Shown: positions 38,611 through 47,845 of the stretch, in pieces
Numbering within the stretch: the first letter of the stretch is position 1
How the letters are laid out: every line of letters begins with the position of its first letter
Virus record (IMG/VR): IMGVR_UViG_3300043783_000034
Coordinates: 1-64,000 of that record
DNA from: a virus
Direction: 5' to 3' (one strand)
Length of the DNA stretch: 64,000 bases
Made by a program: the position numbers and the translations under genes
Notes under the pieces: generated by a model
Databases searched by the model: none
The model's input: the letters and a program-made list of their open reading frames with translations, nothing else
What the model was told of the DNA's origin: nothing

Positions 38611-39075
38611 ATGTCGCTCAAAAGCAGCGTGGTTGTCGCCGCCTTTGGGCGCGACACCGGAAAGACCTTTCTGCTCACCGAGCAGCCGGCGATCATTGCG
38701 GAAAAATGGGCGCTCCGGTTTTTCCTGGCACTCAAGGGCACCGGCGCCGTCATCGACGACCGCGTCATGGAAATGGGCTATGTCGCGGTTGCGGTCCGCG
38801 GCATCAATTCGTTTCTCGCGGCCGACGTCGATTTCGCGAAGATCGAGCCGTTGCTCGACGAAATGCTCGGGTGTGTGCAGATCATCCGCGACAAGTCACG
38901 TCCCGAAGTCGCAACGCCACTTGTGCCGATGGCCGATATCATGGAAGTGCGAACGCTGATCTGGCTCAGGGGGGAGGTCCTGAGCCTCCACGCGGGTTTT
39001 TCCGTCACCGCGAGCCTCTCAGCCTTGCTCGACTTTCTGCGCAGCAAGACGCCGGCGATTACGCCCGATCCGTGA
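38611..39075 (+). CDS. Tail assembly chaperone (G)
   Basis: GRDTGKTFLLTE, PLLDEM; slippery site at 38994. Confidence 0.8.
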   Translation: MSLKSSVVVAAFGRDTGKTFLLTEQPAIIAEKWALRFFLALKGTGAVIDDRVMEMGYVAVAVRGINSFLAADVDFAKIEPLLDEMLGCVQIIRDKSRPEVATPLVPMADIMEVRTLIWLRGEVLSLHAGFSVTASLSALLDFLRSKTPAITPDP

Positions 39076-39248
39076 ACGTGCCGGCGACCGTCGAGGCACT
39101 GCTCACGTGCAAACCCGAGCTCTACCCGGCTTTTTGCACCGTACTCGGGCTCGAATCGCTGCATGACGTTCTCGAGGTGATCGAAGTCGAGGCCTACAAC
39201 GCCCACGTCGCTGATGAGCGGCGCAGGGCAGCGGAGCGGGGGTCGTAA
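39072..39248 (+). CDS. Tail chaperone T segment (-1 frame)
   Basis: NVP..., LESLHDVLEV; open -1 frame from the slippery site. Confidence 0.7.
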   Translation: MNVPATVEALLTCKPELYPAFCTVLGLESLHDVLEVIEVEAYNAHVADERRRAAERGS

Positions 39249-40654
39249 TGGTCATCGATTCGATGGTGCTGGAATTTAATCTTGACCCTCATCAGTTCAC
39301 TCAGGCGCAGCGTGAAACGATCGATGGGTTGCGGCGGATGGAGTATGAGGCCGAGCGTCGCGGCGGTGCAATTGAGGCCGCCATCAGCAAAATGGGGGGC
39401 TCTTTCTCGGTTGCTAAGGCGAATGCACTTGGCCTCCTAGGCACATTTATCGGTGCCGAGATGGTTGGAGCGCTGAACAATATAGCGGAGCTCGATAGCC
39501 GCATCGGCCGCGCGGCAAAGCGGTCTGGCGACAGCGTCAAGGATCTGTCTCAGTGGGAAGGCGCGGTGCAGGCCATCGGCGGCTCGGCCGGAAGCGCCAC
39601 CGAAAACATCGAACGCCTCGAGGATACCATCAACAAGGTGAACATGGGCGCCGCCAACCTGAGCCCGATGGCGGCCATGCTGTTCAACCGCATTGGTGCG
39701 AACGTGCGTACCATGACGCCTCATGATGTGGCCGATTTGCCGATGCGGCTCGCCGAGTTCTTCGACCGCGAGCGCGCGGCAGGCCGTAGCACCTCGGCGC
39801 AACAAGCCTCGGCGCTCCGCGAAACCGGCCTGTTCAACCAGGACATGATTGATTTGATCCTCCGCGGCGCGCGCGCCATGCGCGAACTGCGGGATTCGAT
39901 CAAGGGGGCGACCGACGAGAGCGTGGAAGCATCCAATCGGTTCATTGAAAACAAACAGAAAATTGACCAGTTCTTTTCGAACGTCTTCCGATCGATCCTC
40001 GACGTGTTCATGTATCCGTTCCAGTCCGACGACTTTCACGCCAAAATCCGCAAACAGGCCGAGGATGCCATGGCCGGTAAAGGGCCTCCAGGCGTGGCTA
40101 CGGCTGCCGCTGGTGCGGTTGCGGCACCGTCCGCTGGTGGTCTTACCCCCGAGTTCTCGGCCGCCCTGGCGCGCCTACAGGCGAATATGCCGCCCGGCAT
40201 GTCGTTCTCGATTACCTCCGGGTTCCGGACCCGAGATGAGCAGGCGGCCTTATTTGCCTCCCGGCCGGCGCTCGCAGCCCCGCCAGGGCATTCCCGGCAC
40301 GAATTAGGCATGGCGGCCGATCTCAAGTTCTCTTCGCCTGCGGCCGAGGCTTGGGCGCACGCGCACGGTGCCGACTTCGGGGTGCGCTTTCCCGTCGGCC
40401 GCGAGCCGTGGCACGCCGAACCCGAGCGCGGCGCCAGTTTCAACGAGCGATTCGGTTCGATGCCGGGTCTGAGCGGGCGATCATCCGCGCAACCGCCGGG
40501 GTCGCGGACGGAAAACAAGACCGCCAATGTGACGGTCTCGATCAATAAGGTCGAGGTCAACAGCGCGCGCGATGCGGCCGACGTTGCTAATGGGATTGAT
40601 CGTCACATTGAGCGGGTGGCGAAGGCGATGCCGGCGAACTACGGACTCGTTTAA
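39248..40654 (+). CDS. Tape measure protein with M15 peptidase domain
   Basis: VIDS..L; SGFR..EQ..L, APPGHSRH...AADL, EPWH. Confidence 0.85.
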   Translation: MVIDSMVLEFNLDPHQFTQAQRETIDGLRRMEYEAERRGGAIEAAISKMGGSFSVAKANALGLLGTFIGAEMVGALNNIAELDSRIGRAAKRSGDSVKDLSQWEGAVQAIGGSAGSATENIERLEDTINKVNMGAANLSPMAAMLFNRIGANVRTMTPHDVADLPMRLAEFFDRERAAGRSTSAQQASALRETGLFNQDMIDLILRGARAMRELRDSIKGATDESVEASNRFIENKQKIDQFFSNVFRSILDVFMYPFQSDDFHAKIRKQAEDAMAGKGPPGVATAAAGAVAAPSAGGLTPEFSAALARLQANMPPGMSFSITSGFRTRDEQAALFASRPALAAPPGHSRHELGMAADLKFSSPAAEAWAHAHGADFGVRFPVGREPWHAEPERGASFNERFGSMPGLSGRSSAQPPGSRTENKTANVTVSINKVEVNSARDAADVANGIDRHIERVAKAMPANYGLV

Positions 40655-40711
40655 GGAAACGCGCGTTCAGCGTGCTATATGGGTTGCCAGATCGTAGGAA
40701 TCGTCAACCCC

Positions 40712-41416
40712 ATGCCCGACGTCCCGCAGGTCCCCGGAGTGCCATCGCTCTCCAGCTACGGCCCTGGCGGCGGCGCGCTGCTCGCGGCGGACGCGGCCGA
40801 CCTTGCTTCGATCGGCGTCTCGGCCGTCCTGCCGCAATGGGGCATCTTCCTCAATGGCGCGCCGGTGATCCAGCCGGCCAGTTTCATTTCGCAGGCGCTC
40901 TCGACCGTCGCGCCTGTCGTCGCACCAGTGCTTGCGGCCTTCGGCCTGTCCTTTCCGGTTTTCGCCTCTTTCATCGATTACGAATATAAGCAGGACTGGC
41001 CGATCAGCGACTATCCGGTCGAGGATGGCGGATTCCAGTCATATGACAAGGTCCAGCAGCCTTTCGAGTTGCGCGTGCGAATCACATGCGCCGGCAGCGC
41101 GGTCGAGCGCCAGCAATCCCTTGCCGCCATCGACGCGGTCGCAAACAGTCTCCAGCTTTTCACGGTGATGACGCCCGAGGGCGGCTACGATAGTTGCTGC
41201 CCGAGTCACTACGACTACAAGCGCACGAACGACAACGGCGGTGTGAGCATGATCACCGTCGACCTATGGTTCACCGAGATCCGTGTCACCGCGACGGCGA
41301 CCTTTCAGAATACGTCGACGCCGACGGCCGCAGGAACGCAATCGATCGGGAACGTGCAGGCCTTCTCGCCAAGCGCGTCGATCAATCAGATGTACGCTGC
41401 GGGAGGATTTACCTGA
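40712..41416 (+). CDS. Baseplate/tube initiator (Dit-like)
   Basis: ISDYPVEDG.FQSYDKV. Confidence 0.8.
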   Translation: MPDVPQVPGVPSLSSYGPGGGALLAADAADLASIGVSAVLPQWGIFLNGAPVIQPASFISQALSTVAPVVAPVLAAFGLSFPVFASFIDYEYKQDWPISDYPVEDGGFQSYDKVQQPFELRVRITCAGSAVERQQSLAAIDAVANSLQLFTVMTPEGGYDSCCPSHYDYKRTNDNGGVSMITVDLWFTEIRVTATATFQNTSTPTAAGTQSIGNVQAFSPSASINQMYAAGGFT

Positions 41417-41733
41417 TGCCGCTCGTCATCCCCGCGCAGGCGATCGCCAACCAAACCTTGCAAGTTCAACTCGCAGGCCAGCCGGTGACGTTGGCAATTT
41501 ACCAAGAGGCGTTCGGATTGTTTATGGACGTGCTCGTCAATGGCGGCGTGATCGTCGCTGGCGTCATCTGCCAGAATATCAACCGAATCGTGCGCGATTT
41601 ATATTTGAATTTTCAGGGCGATCTTATTTGGCTCGACTCGTCTGGCGCAGGCAACGACCCGACCTTCGACGGCATTGGCTCGACATACCAATTGCTCTAC
41701 CTGACCGAGGCCGATCTCGCGGGCGCCGGATGA
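41416..41733 (+). CDS. Small baseplate protein
   Basis: GLFMD, YLNFQGDL, DPTFDGIG. Confidence 0.75.
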   Translation: MPLVIPAQAIANQTLQVQLAGQPVTLAIYQEAFGLFMDVLVNGGVIVAGVICQNINRIVRDLYLNFQGDLIWLDSSGAGNDPTFDGIGSTYQLLYLTEADLAGAG

Positions 41734-42719
41734 CGCTGCAGGTCAATCTCGCGAAGCCCGCACCGGACGCGCTCCCGGGCCAGATCAGCTTCACCCAAAA
41801 GCTGCTTCGCTTCACTGTCACCCTTTCGGCCAGTCCGCTCAACAATGCGTCGGCGACCTTTCAAGGTACCGGTGTGCCAAGCGCCGATGGCACCAATCAA
41901 GTAACGCTTTCCGGTCTGCGCGCGCATGTGCGGATTCAAAACAACGGCGCCCCGGCTGGCAGCATGGCCGACGTGTCGATTTATGGCCTAACGCCGAGCC
42001 TCATGAATCAGCTTTCGACGCTGGGTCAGGTCTACAATTCAATCAGCCGCAATTCGCTGCAGATCAGTGCTGGCGACGAGAGTACAGGCGTGGTGCCGAT
42101 CTTCCTTGGCACCATCACCAGTGCGTTCGGCGACTATCAGAAAATGCCGGACGTTCCGTTCGAAATGCACTGCCAGAGCGGCACCATCGATGCAGTCTCG
42201 TCGGCGACGCCATCAAGTTTCCCCGGCAATGTCGACGTGGCGACTGTCATGTCTGGACTCGCGAGCCAAATGAACCTCGGCTTCATCAACGGCGGCGTCA
42301 GCGTCAAGTTGCCGGGTGGCATTTATCTGCGCGGCAACCTCGAACAGCAGGTCAAGCAACTGGCGTCGTGGGCGAACATTCTCGCCGAGCGTGTCAACGG
42401 CGGCACGGCGCTCGCTATCTGGAAACGCGGCAGTACATGGCAAACCGGAATCGTGCCGCTGCTGTCAAAGAGCACCGGCATGATCACGGCGCCATCGCTG
42501 TCGATTTATGGGCCGGTCGTGCGCTCGATCTTCAATTCGCAAGTCGCCTTCGGCGGCAGCGTGCAAATTCAATCCGACGTCGTGCCTCAGGCTAACGGAA
42601 TGTGGTACGTGCAAAAGGTCGACCTCGCACTCGATAGCCTGGTGCCGAAGGGTCGTTGGGAGATGACGGTCCACACCAACGGCCTCAATGCGACCTTTCC
42701 GACGCCACCCCCACCATGA
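41730..42719 (+). CDS. Baseplate hub
   Basis: IYGL..MNQLSTLG, AGD, IFLGTI; position. Confidence 0.8.
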   Translation: MTLQVNLAKPAPDALPGQISFTQKLLRFTVTLSASPLNNASATFQGTGVPSADGTNQVTLSGLRAHVRIQNNGAPAGSMADVSIYGLTPSLMNQLSTLGQVYNSISRNSLQISAGDESTGVVPIFLGTITSAFGDYQKMPDVPFEMHCQSGTIDAVSSATPSSFPGNVDVATVMSGLASQMNLGFINGGVSVKLPGGIYLRGNLEQQVKQLASWANILAERVNGGTALAIWKRGSTWQTGIVPLLSKSTGMITAPSLSIYGPVVRSIFNSQVAFGGSVQIQSDVVPQANGMWYVQKVDLALDSLVPKGRWEMTVHTNGLNATFPTPPPP

Positions 42720-43432
42720 GTGACACCTCGTCCTACGGGTACGGGCAACTCCAGCCCGAGGACTTCAATCACGAGATGGCCGTGGTCGCGGCGATCGCGC
42801 GCCAGATGATCGCCGAGCTCGATACCATCAAGCTGGTGCAGGTCGCCGCAGTGCATGGTGGCGGTGTGGCGCTCGCTGGCACTGTCGATGTGGTGCCGCT
42901 CGTCAATCAGGTCGACGGCCAATTCAATCCGGTGCCGCACGGCACGGTCTATGGCGTGCCATGGACGCGCGTACAGGGCGGCCCGAATGCCATCATTTGC
43001 GACCCGCAAGTCAACGATATCGGATGGGTCGCATGCTGTGATCGCGACATTTCAAAGGCGGTCGCGCAGAATGGCATGCTGTCGGGCAGTTCGCTGCTCG
43101 GCACTGGCGTCAATCCCGGCTCTTGGCGCAAATACAACATCTGCGACGGCATCTATGTCGGCGGCGCGCTCAATGTGTCGCCGACGCAGTATCTTCAATT
43201 CACCGCTACCGGCGCGCGCCTCGTCGACAAGAACGGAAATTCGGTCGCGCTTGGGCCCAACGGAATCACCCTCACGGACGCGAACGGAAACGTGATAAGC
43301 ACGACTTCAGCCGGAATCGCGGTCACGCTCGCGTCCGGGGGGGACTTCGTCATCAATGGCATCGGCTTCCTCGCCCACATCCATAGCGGCGTCACCGCCG
43401 GCAGCGCCGACACAGGGCCACCGGTCCCGTGA
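42716..43432 (+). CDS. Baseplate central spike
   Basis: VDVVPLV, DRDIS, C-terminal HIH. Confidence 0.85.
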   Translation: MSDTSSYGYGQLQPEDFNHEMAVVAAIARQMIAELDTIKLVQVAAVHGGGVALAGTVDVVPLVNQVDGQFNPVPHGTVYGVPWTRVQGGPNAIICDPQVNDIGWVACCDRDISKAVAQNGMLSGSSLLGTGVNPGSWRKYNICDGIYVGGALNVSPTQYLQFTATGARLVDKNGNSVALGPNGITLTDANGNVISTTSAGIAVTLASGGDFVINGIGFLAHIHSGVTAGSADTGPPVP

Positions 43433-43434
43433 CC

Positions 43435-43553
43435 TTCTGACATTCGATGAGGCTCATCGCCTTCTCGAATACCGCCCTTTAATGGGAGACTTTTCGGCAG
43501 CTTATTGGCGCGAGGCCCAGAAGCAATTCGGCGAGTTTGCGAGGCTTCGGTAA
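43435..43553 (+). pseudogene. Internally deleted HNH/AP2 homing endonuclease remnant
   Basis: LTFDEAHRLLEYRP..GDF joined directly to AAY..AQKQFGEFARL. Confidence 0.6.
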
Positions 43554-43930
43554 TGGCTGCAACACTTTTGCTAGACCGTTCCACGTGGGATCTTTGCCTC
43601 GATGCGCAAGGGAATATAGCCGTGGCGACGGCTCCATATGCCTTGGCTCAAGATGCGGCCAGCGCAATCATGACAGTCTTGGGAACCTGCTGGTGGGATA
43701 CGACCGTCGGCGTGAACTGGTCGCAATTCCTCGGCGCCACGCCACAACTCGCGCCGCTCAAGGCCGCACTCATCGCGGCGGCGCTCACGGTGCCTGACGT
43801 TGCCTCGGCACAAGTCTATTTCAATTCGATCACAGATCGCATTGTGTCCGGGCAGGTGCAGATCACAGCCGAGTCGACGGGACAAACCGCCGTCGCGCCA
43901 TTCCAGGTCGTCAATCCGCAGGGAGTGTGA
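43553..43930 (+). CDS. Baseplate wedge/sheath initiator
   Basis: TLLLD..WDLCLD..GNIA; CWWDTT.G. Confidence 0.8.
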   Translation: MAATLLLDRSTWDLCLDAQGNIAVATAPYALAQDAASAIMTVLGTCWWDTTVGVNWSQFLGATPQLAPLKAALIAAALTVPDVASAQVYFNSITDRIVSGQVQITAESTGQTAVAPFQVVNPQGV

Positions 43931-43933
43931 GCC

Positions 43934-45598
43934 GTGGGCACGACCGCCGTACCTCCGATCACCTTTACTGCGGCCGGATGGCAAATCCCATCGGGCCCCG
44001 CGATCCTCGCTGGCGTGCAGGCGGACATTCAGGCCGCCTTTGGCGTCGCGCTCGATTTCAATCTCAACACGCCGCAGGGGCAGTTGTCCTCAAGCGAAGC
44101 GGCGAACATCAACAACACGTACCAAACCTTCGGCTATTACACGCAGCAGGTCGACCCGGCCTATGCGAGCGGCCGCTTTCAGGACGCGATCGCGCGCTTC
44201 TATTTTCTCACGCGCAATGCGGCCCAGCCGACCACGTTGCAGGTAAATTGCTTCGGCCTCGCGCAATTGATTCTGCCGACCGGGGCAACGATCATCGACG
44301 AGGCCGGCAACCTCTACCAACTCACATCGTCCGTCACGATCGCTGCTGGCGGTAGCGTTGTGGGATCCTTCGCCTGCGCAGTGCCGGGTCCGGTTCCGGT
44401 GCCGGAGACAGATGACGTTTCGATCTATCAGCAAATTCCAGGCTGGGACTCGGTCGCCGTCGCGTCTGGCACACAGGGTGTGAACACGGAAGGGCGACAG
44501 GCATTCGAGCAGCGCCGACAGGATAGCGTTGCCGGCAACAGCTTTGGGCCAATTGGCGCCATCATCGGCGCCGTCGCGCAAGTACCGAATGTCACTGATT
44601 ATTTCGGCTACAGCAACAATACGGCGGCGCCCGTCACCGTTGGCGGCGTCTCGATCGCCGCAAACGCGATTTACATTTGTGTTGCCGGCGGCGACCCGGT
44701 TGCGGTGGGGACGGCTATCCTGTCAAAAAAGGGGCCTGGCGCGCCGATGACCGGAACGACCCAGGTCACGGTCTACGACACGAATCCGCTTTATGCGTCT
44801 CCTGTCCCCTACACCATCAAATTCCAGGTCGCGGCACCGCTGCAGCTTCTTTTTGAGGTCGAACTCGTCGCTTCTCCGCTGATTCCATCGAATGCGATCC
44901 AACTCGTTCAGGCGGCGCTTATTGCCGCAGTAACGCAAGGCATTCTGCCGAACGGCGCCGCGCAGCAGGTGCTCTCTCCGGGTCTGCGCGCGCGCATCAA
45001 TTCGGTGATCTACGCGCAACAATATACACAAGCCATCAATCAGCTTGGCGCTTGGGGCCTCGTTGCTTCGATTCAGATTGGCTCGGAGAATACGCCGGGC
45101 GCCGTGGTGACAGGCACAATCTCTGGAACGGTCCTCACGGTCTCGGGTGTAACATCGGGTACACTCGCGGTCGGCCAAGCGCTTTTCGATCCGCTCAACG
45201 ACATCATCAACGGCACGGTCATCGTATCGCTGGGCAGCGGCACGGGAGGCACCGGAACCTACAACGTCAACAACTCGCAAACCGTTGGCGGCGCGACTTT
45301 TACAGGCACCGGCTCAGGCTTCAATCTCACTGCCAGCAGCGTCACAGGCGTCATCGGCAGTGGGGACGTCATCAGCGGAACGGGCGTGCCGTCTGGCACC
45401 ACCATCATTACTCAGACGTCCGGAACGCCCGGCGGCGCTGGTGTCTATGTCACGAGCGCCTCGACCACTTCGTCCGGCGCCACCATTACCACCAGCAAGA
45501 CAATCTCGGCCGCCTCGGCCAATCAGACGCTCGTGTCAGTTCAGGCCAACCAGGAGCCGCAACTCGTGGCGGCTAATATCGTCGTGACGCAGACATGA
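43934..45598 (+). CDS. Baseplate J-like protein with two inserted Thr/Gly domains
   Basis: TPQGQL, GRFQDAI..YFL.R, FEQRR. Confidence 0.88.
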   Translation: MGTTAVPPITFTAAGWQIPSGPAILAGVQADIQAAFGVALDFNLNTPQGQLSSSEAANINNTYQTFGYYTQQVDPAYASGRFQDAIARFYFLTRNAAQPTTLQVNCFGLAQLILPTGATIIDEAGNLYQLTSSVTIAAGGSVVGSFACAVPGPVPVPETDDVSIYQQIPGWDSVAVASGTQGVNTEGRQAFEQRRQDSVAGNSFGPIGAIIGAVAQVPNVTDYFGYSNNTAAPVTVGGVSIAANAIYICVAGGDPVAVGTAILSKKGPGAPMTGTTQVTVYDTNPLYASPVPYTIKFQVAAPLQLLFEVELVASPLIPSNAIQLVQAALIAAVTQGILPNGAAQQVLSPGLRARINSVIYAQQYTQAINQLGAWGLVASIQIGSENTPGAVVTGTISGTVLTVSGVTSGTLAVGQALFDPLNDIINGTVIVSLGSGTGGTGTYNVNNSQTVGGATFTGTGSGFNLTASSVTGVIGSGDVISGTGVPSGTTIITQTSGTPGGAGVYVTSASTTSSGATITTSKTISAASANQTLVSVQANQEPQLVAANIVVTQT

Positions 45599-46266
45599 CC
45601 TTTCCGGGTCCTCCGGTGCCGCCGCCGCCGGCGCCGGGCTCGAATGCGATCGGCAAATTCCAAATCGGCACGAGCCCGATCGGAACGATTCCCCCGTTCA
45701 ACACGTGGGAAACGATCATCGACGAGTACGCGACTTCGCCGATCATCACAGGCATTGCGGCATCGTTCGGTACAGCCGCAGATATGACCGCGGCATTCGA
45801 CCTGTTTTTTGACAGCCAGTGGAATCCGGACACGGCATCAGGGCCCGGTCTTGACGTCATCGGCCGCATCGTTGGCGTGACGCGCACCCTGCAGATCAGC
45901 GGCGAGGCTGGACCATTTTTAGGATTCGAGGAGGCGGATGATCCGGACGACGTCGGCTTCAACCAGGCGCCGTTCTATACCGGCGGTCAGTTGACACAGA
46001 ATTTCCAACTTCAAGACTCCGACTTCCGCAAATTGATAAATGCCAAGATGCTTTTGAACATCTGCGACGGCTCGATTCCGGCGATCAACAACATTCTGCT
46101 GACACTCTTTCCAAACCGTGGTCCTTGCTATGTGACGGATGGGTTAAACATGACGATGACCTATACATTTGCCTTCACGCCGACTGCTATCGAACTTGCG
46201 ATCCTGCAGCAATCGAATGTGCTGCCGACACCGGCCGGGGTCGTTGCTACGCTCGTCTACCCGTAG
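45595..46266 (+). CDS. Baseplate protein (DUF2612-like)
   Basis: [19 protein letters not shown]. Confidence 0.85.
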   Translation: MTFPGPPVPPPPAPGSNAIGKFQIGTSPIGTIPPFNTWETIIDEYATSPIITGIAASFGTAADMTAAFDLFFDSQWNPDTASGPGLDVIGRIVGVTRTLQISGEAGPFLGFEEADDPDDVGFNQAPFYTGGQLTQNFQLQDSDFRKLINAKMLLNICDGSIPAINNILLTLFPNRGPCYVTDGLNMTMTYTFAFTPTAIELAILQQSNVLPTPAGVVATLVYP

Positions 46267-46336
46267 CGCCGTCTCTGACGTACTTAGCGGGCGTGCGAGG
46301 CTGTGAAATAAACGCTTCTCAAAGAGGGGCCAACTC

Positions 46337-47845
46337 ATGAATCGCCTGATCTCGGTATTCGCCGCGCTGGCGATGCTCGCCACTCCAGCGCTCGCGATCG
46401 ACGAGTCTGCCGTCCCACCGAAATTCTCCATTCCGTGGGGCAATAACGCCGGCGCTGCCTATATCCGATCGATCCCGACTGCATCACAAATCGGCATCCA
46501 AAATTGTGCGGCGTCGCTCACCGACGGCTTTCCGCCTCTGAGTTTCCAGGCCTCCGCATCAGGCGGTTGCCCGCCGTTCGGCCAGGACTTCAATGGCATC
46601 CTCAAACAGGTCACACAATGGGGCCAGTGGCAGGCCGCAGGTGGCCCGCTTGTTTTCGATAATACATTCGCCGCGAATATTGGCGGTTATCCGAGACAAG
46701 GAACGCTATCGAATGCGACGACGCCGGGATGCTGGTGGGTCTCGCAGATCGATAACAATCTCGGCAATCCGGACGCCGGCGCGCTGAATTGGCTCAATAC
46801 GTGCGCACTCGGCGGCGTGCTCTCGGGCACGCCATACAATGCGAGCATCGTTGCCAGCGGCGTCACGCCGAGCGCCTATGTGGCGCCGACCATCACGGTT
46901 GGTGCAGACGGACGTCTCATCGCCGCGTCTGGTATCGCCTCGAGTTTCATGCCGTCGAATGTGTCGATTTCGGCAACGGTCGCATCGAACAATCTCACCA
47001 TTGCGCTCACCCAAACGAATGGCGCAGCGATCGGGTCGATTCCCTATTCGGCGAACGGAGCGCAGCTCGGTCTGCCGCTTGCGTCGACGTCGAGTTTTAC
47101 GGTCCCCAGTGGCAATACGATGGGCTGCGTCAGCGGCCAGGCCTGCCGCCTATGGGTGATCGCCGGCGCACAGAGCGCGAGCATATTCACGTGCGCCTAC
47201 AATGCGACGAGCGGCACGACCGTCGTGCCCTTGATCGAGGGCCATTCCTATGTATCCGGTAGCGGTTCGGGCGGCGGCTCGTCGGCGCAAACGCTTTATT
47301 GCAATTCGAGCAGTATCACCGCGGCCGTTCGGTACATCGGCTATATTGAAATCGTTCAGACGTCGGGTCTGTGGTCGGCGAATCCGAACTTCGTAATGAT
47401 CACGGGCCCGAGCGGCCCGAAGCCCGCCGATGTCGTGCGGCATCAGTACGGGCAGTTTGGCGCCACCACTGCGATTTCCAATGGAAGCTACATAGCGACC
47501 GCGACGTCGGTCGCATTGTTTCCCAGCAGCGCCGCAAATCTGATCCGCATTTCAGTAAGCGGCTCGATCAGTGCGATCTACAACGGCACGTCGAACGGCC
47601 TTGAAGTGCAGATCCAGTTGCGGCGCAATACCTCGACGCAGGTCGGCATCACGTGGCCCGTCATCGGGCCGCCCTGCACCGGCTGCGCTAGCCAGAGCAT
47701 CGGCTGGCAAATCGGCATCCCACTGATCTACGATTCACCGGCCACCACGGCTCTGACCACGTACACGGTTTATGTTCAGGGCACCACGCTCGGTAGCGGA
47801 ACATGGGAACCCAGTACTCTCACTCTTGAGGAGATCATGGGATGA
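46337..47845 (+). CDS. Tail fibre with N-terminal signal peptide
   Basis: MNR-hydrophobic-PALA|; ASLTDGFPP, PPFGQDFNGIL, IGGYP baseplate-anchor motifs. Confidence 0.85.
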   Translation: MNRLISVFAALAMLATPALAIDESAVPPKFSIPWGNNAGAAYIRSIPTASQIGIQNCAASLTDGFPPLSFQASASGGCPPFGQDFNGILKQVTQWGQWQAAGGPLVFDNTFAANIGGYPRQGTLSNATTPGCWWVSQIDNNLGNPDAGALNWLNTCALGGVLSGTPYNASIVASGVTPSAYVAPTITVGADGRLIAASGIASSFMPSNVSISATVASNNLTIALTQTNGAAIGSIPYSANGAQLGLPLASTSSFTVPSGNTMGCVSGQACRLWVIAGAQSASIFTCAYNATSGTTVVPLIEGHSYVSGSGSGGGSSAQTLYCNSSSITAAVRYIGYIEIVQTSGLWSANPNFVMITGPSGPKPADVVRHQYGQFGATTAISNGSYIATATSVALFPSSAANLIRISVSGSISAIYNGTSNGLEVQIQLRRNTSTQVGITWPVIGPPCTGCASQSIGWQIGIPLIYDSPATTALTTYTVYVQGTTLGSGTWEPSTLTLEEIMG

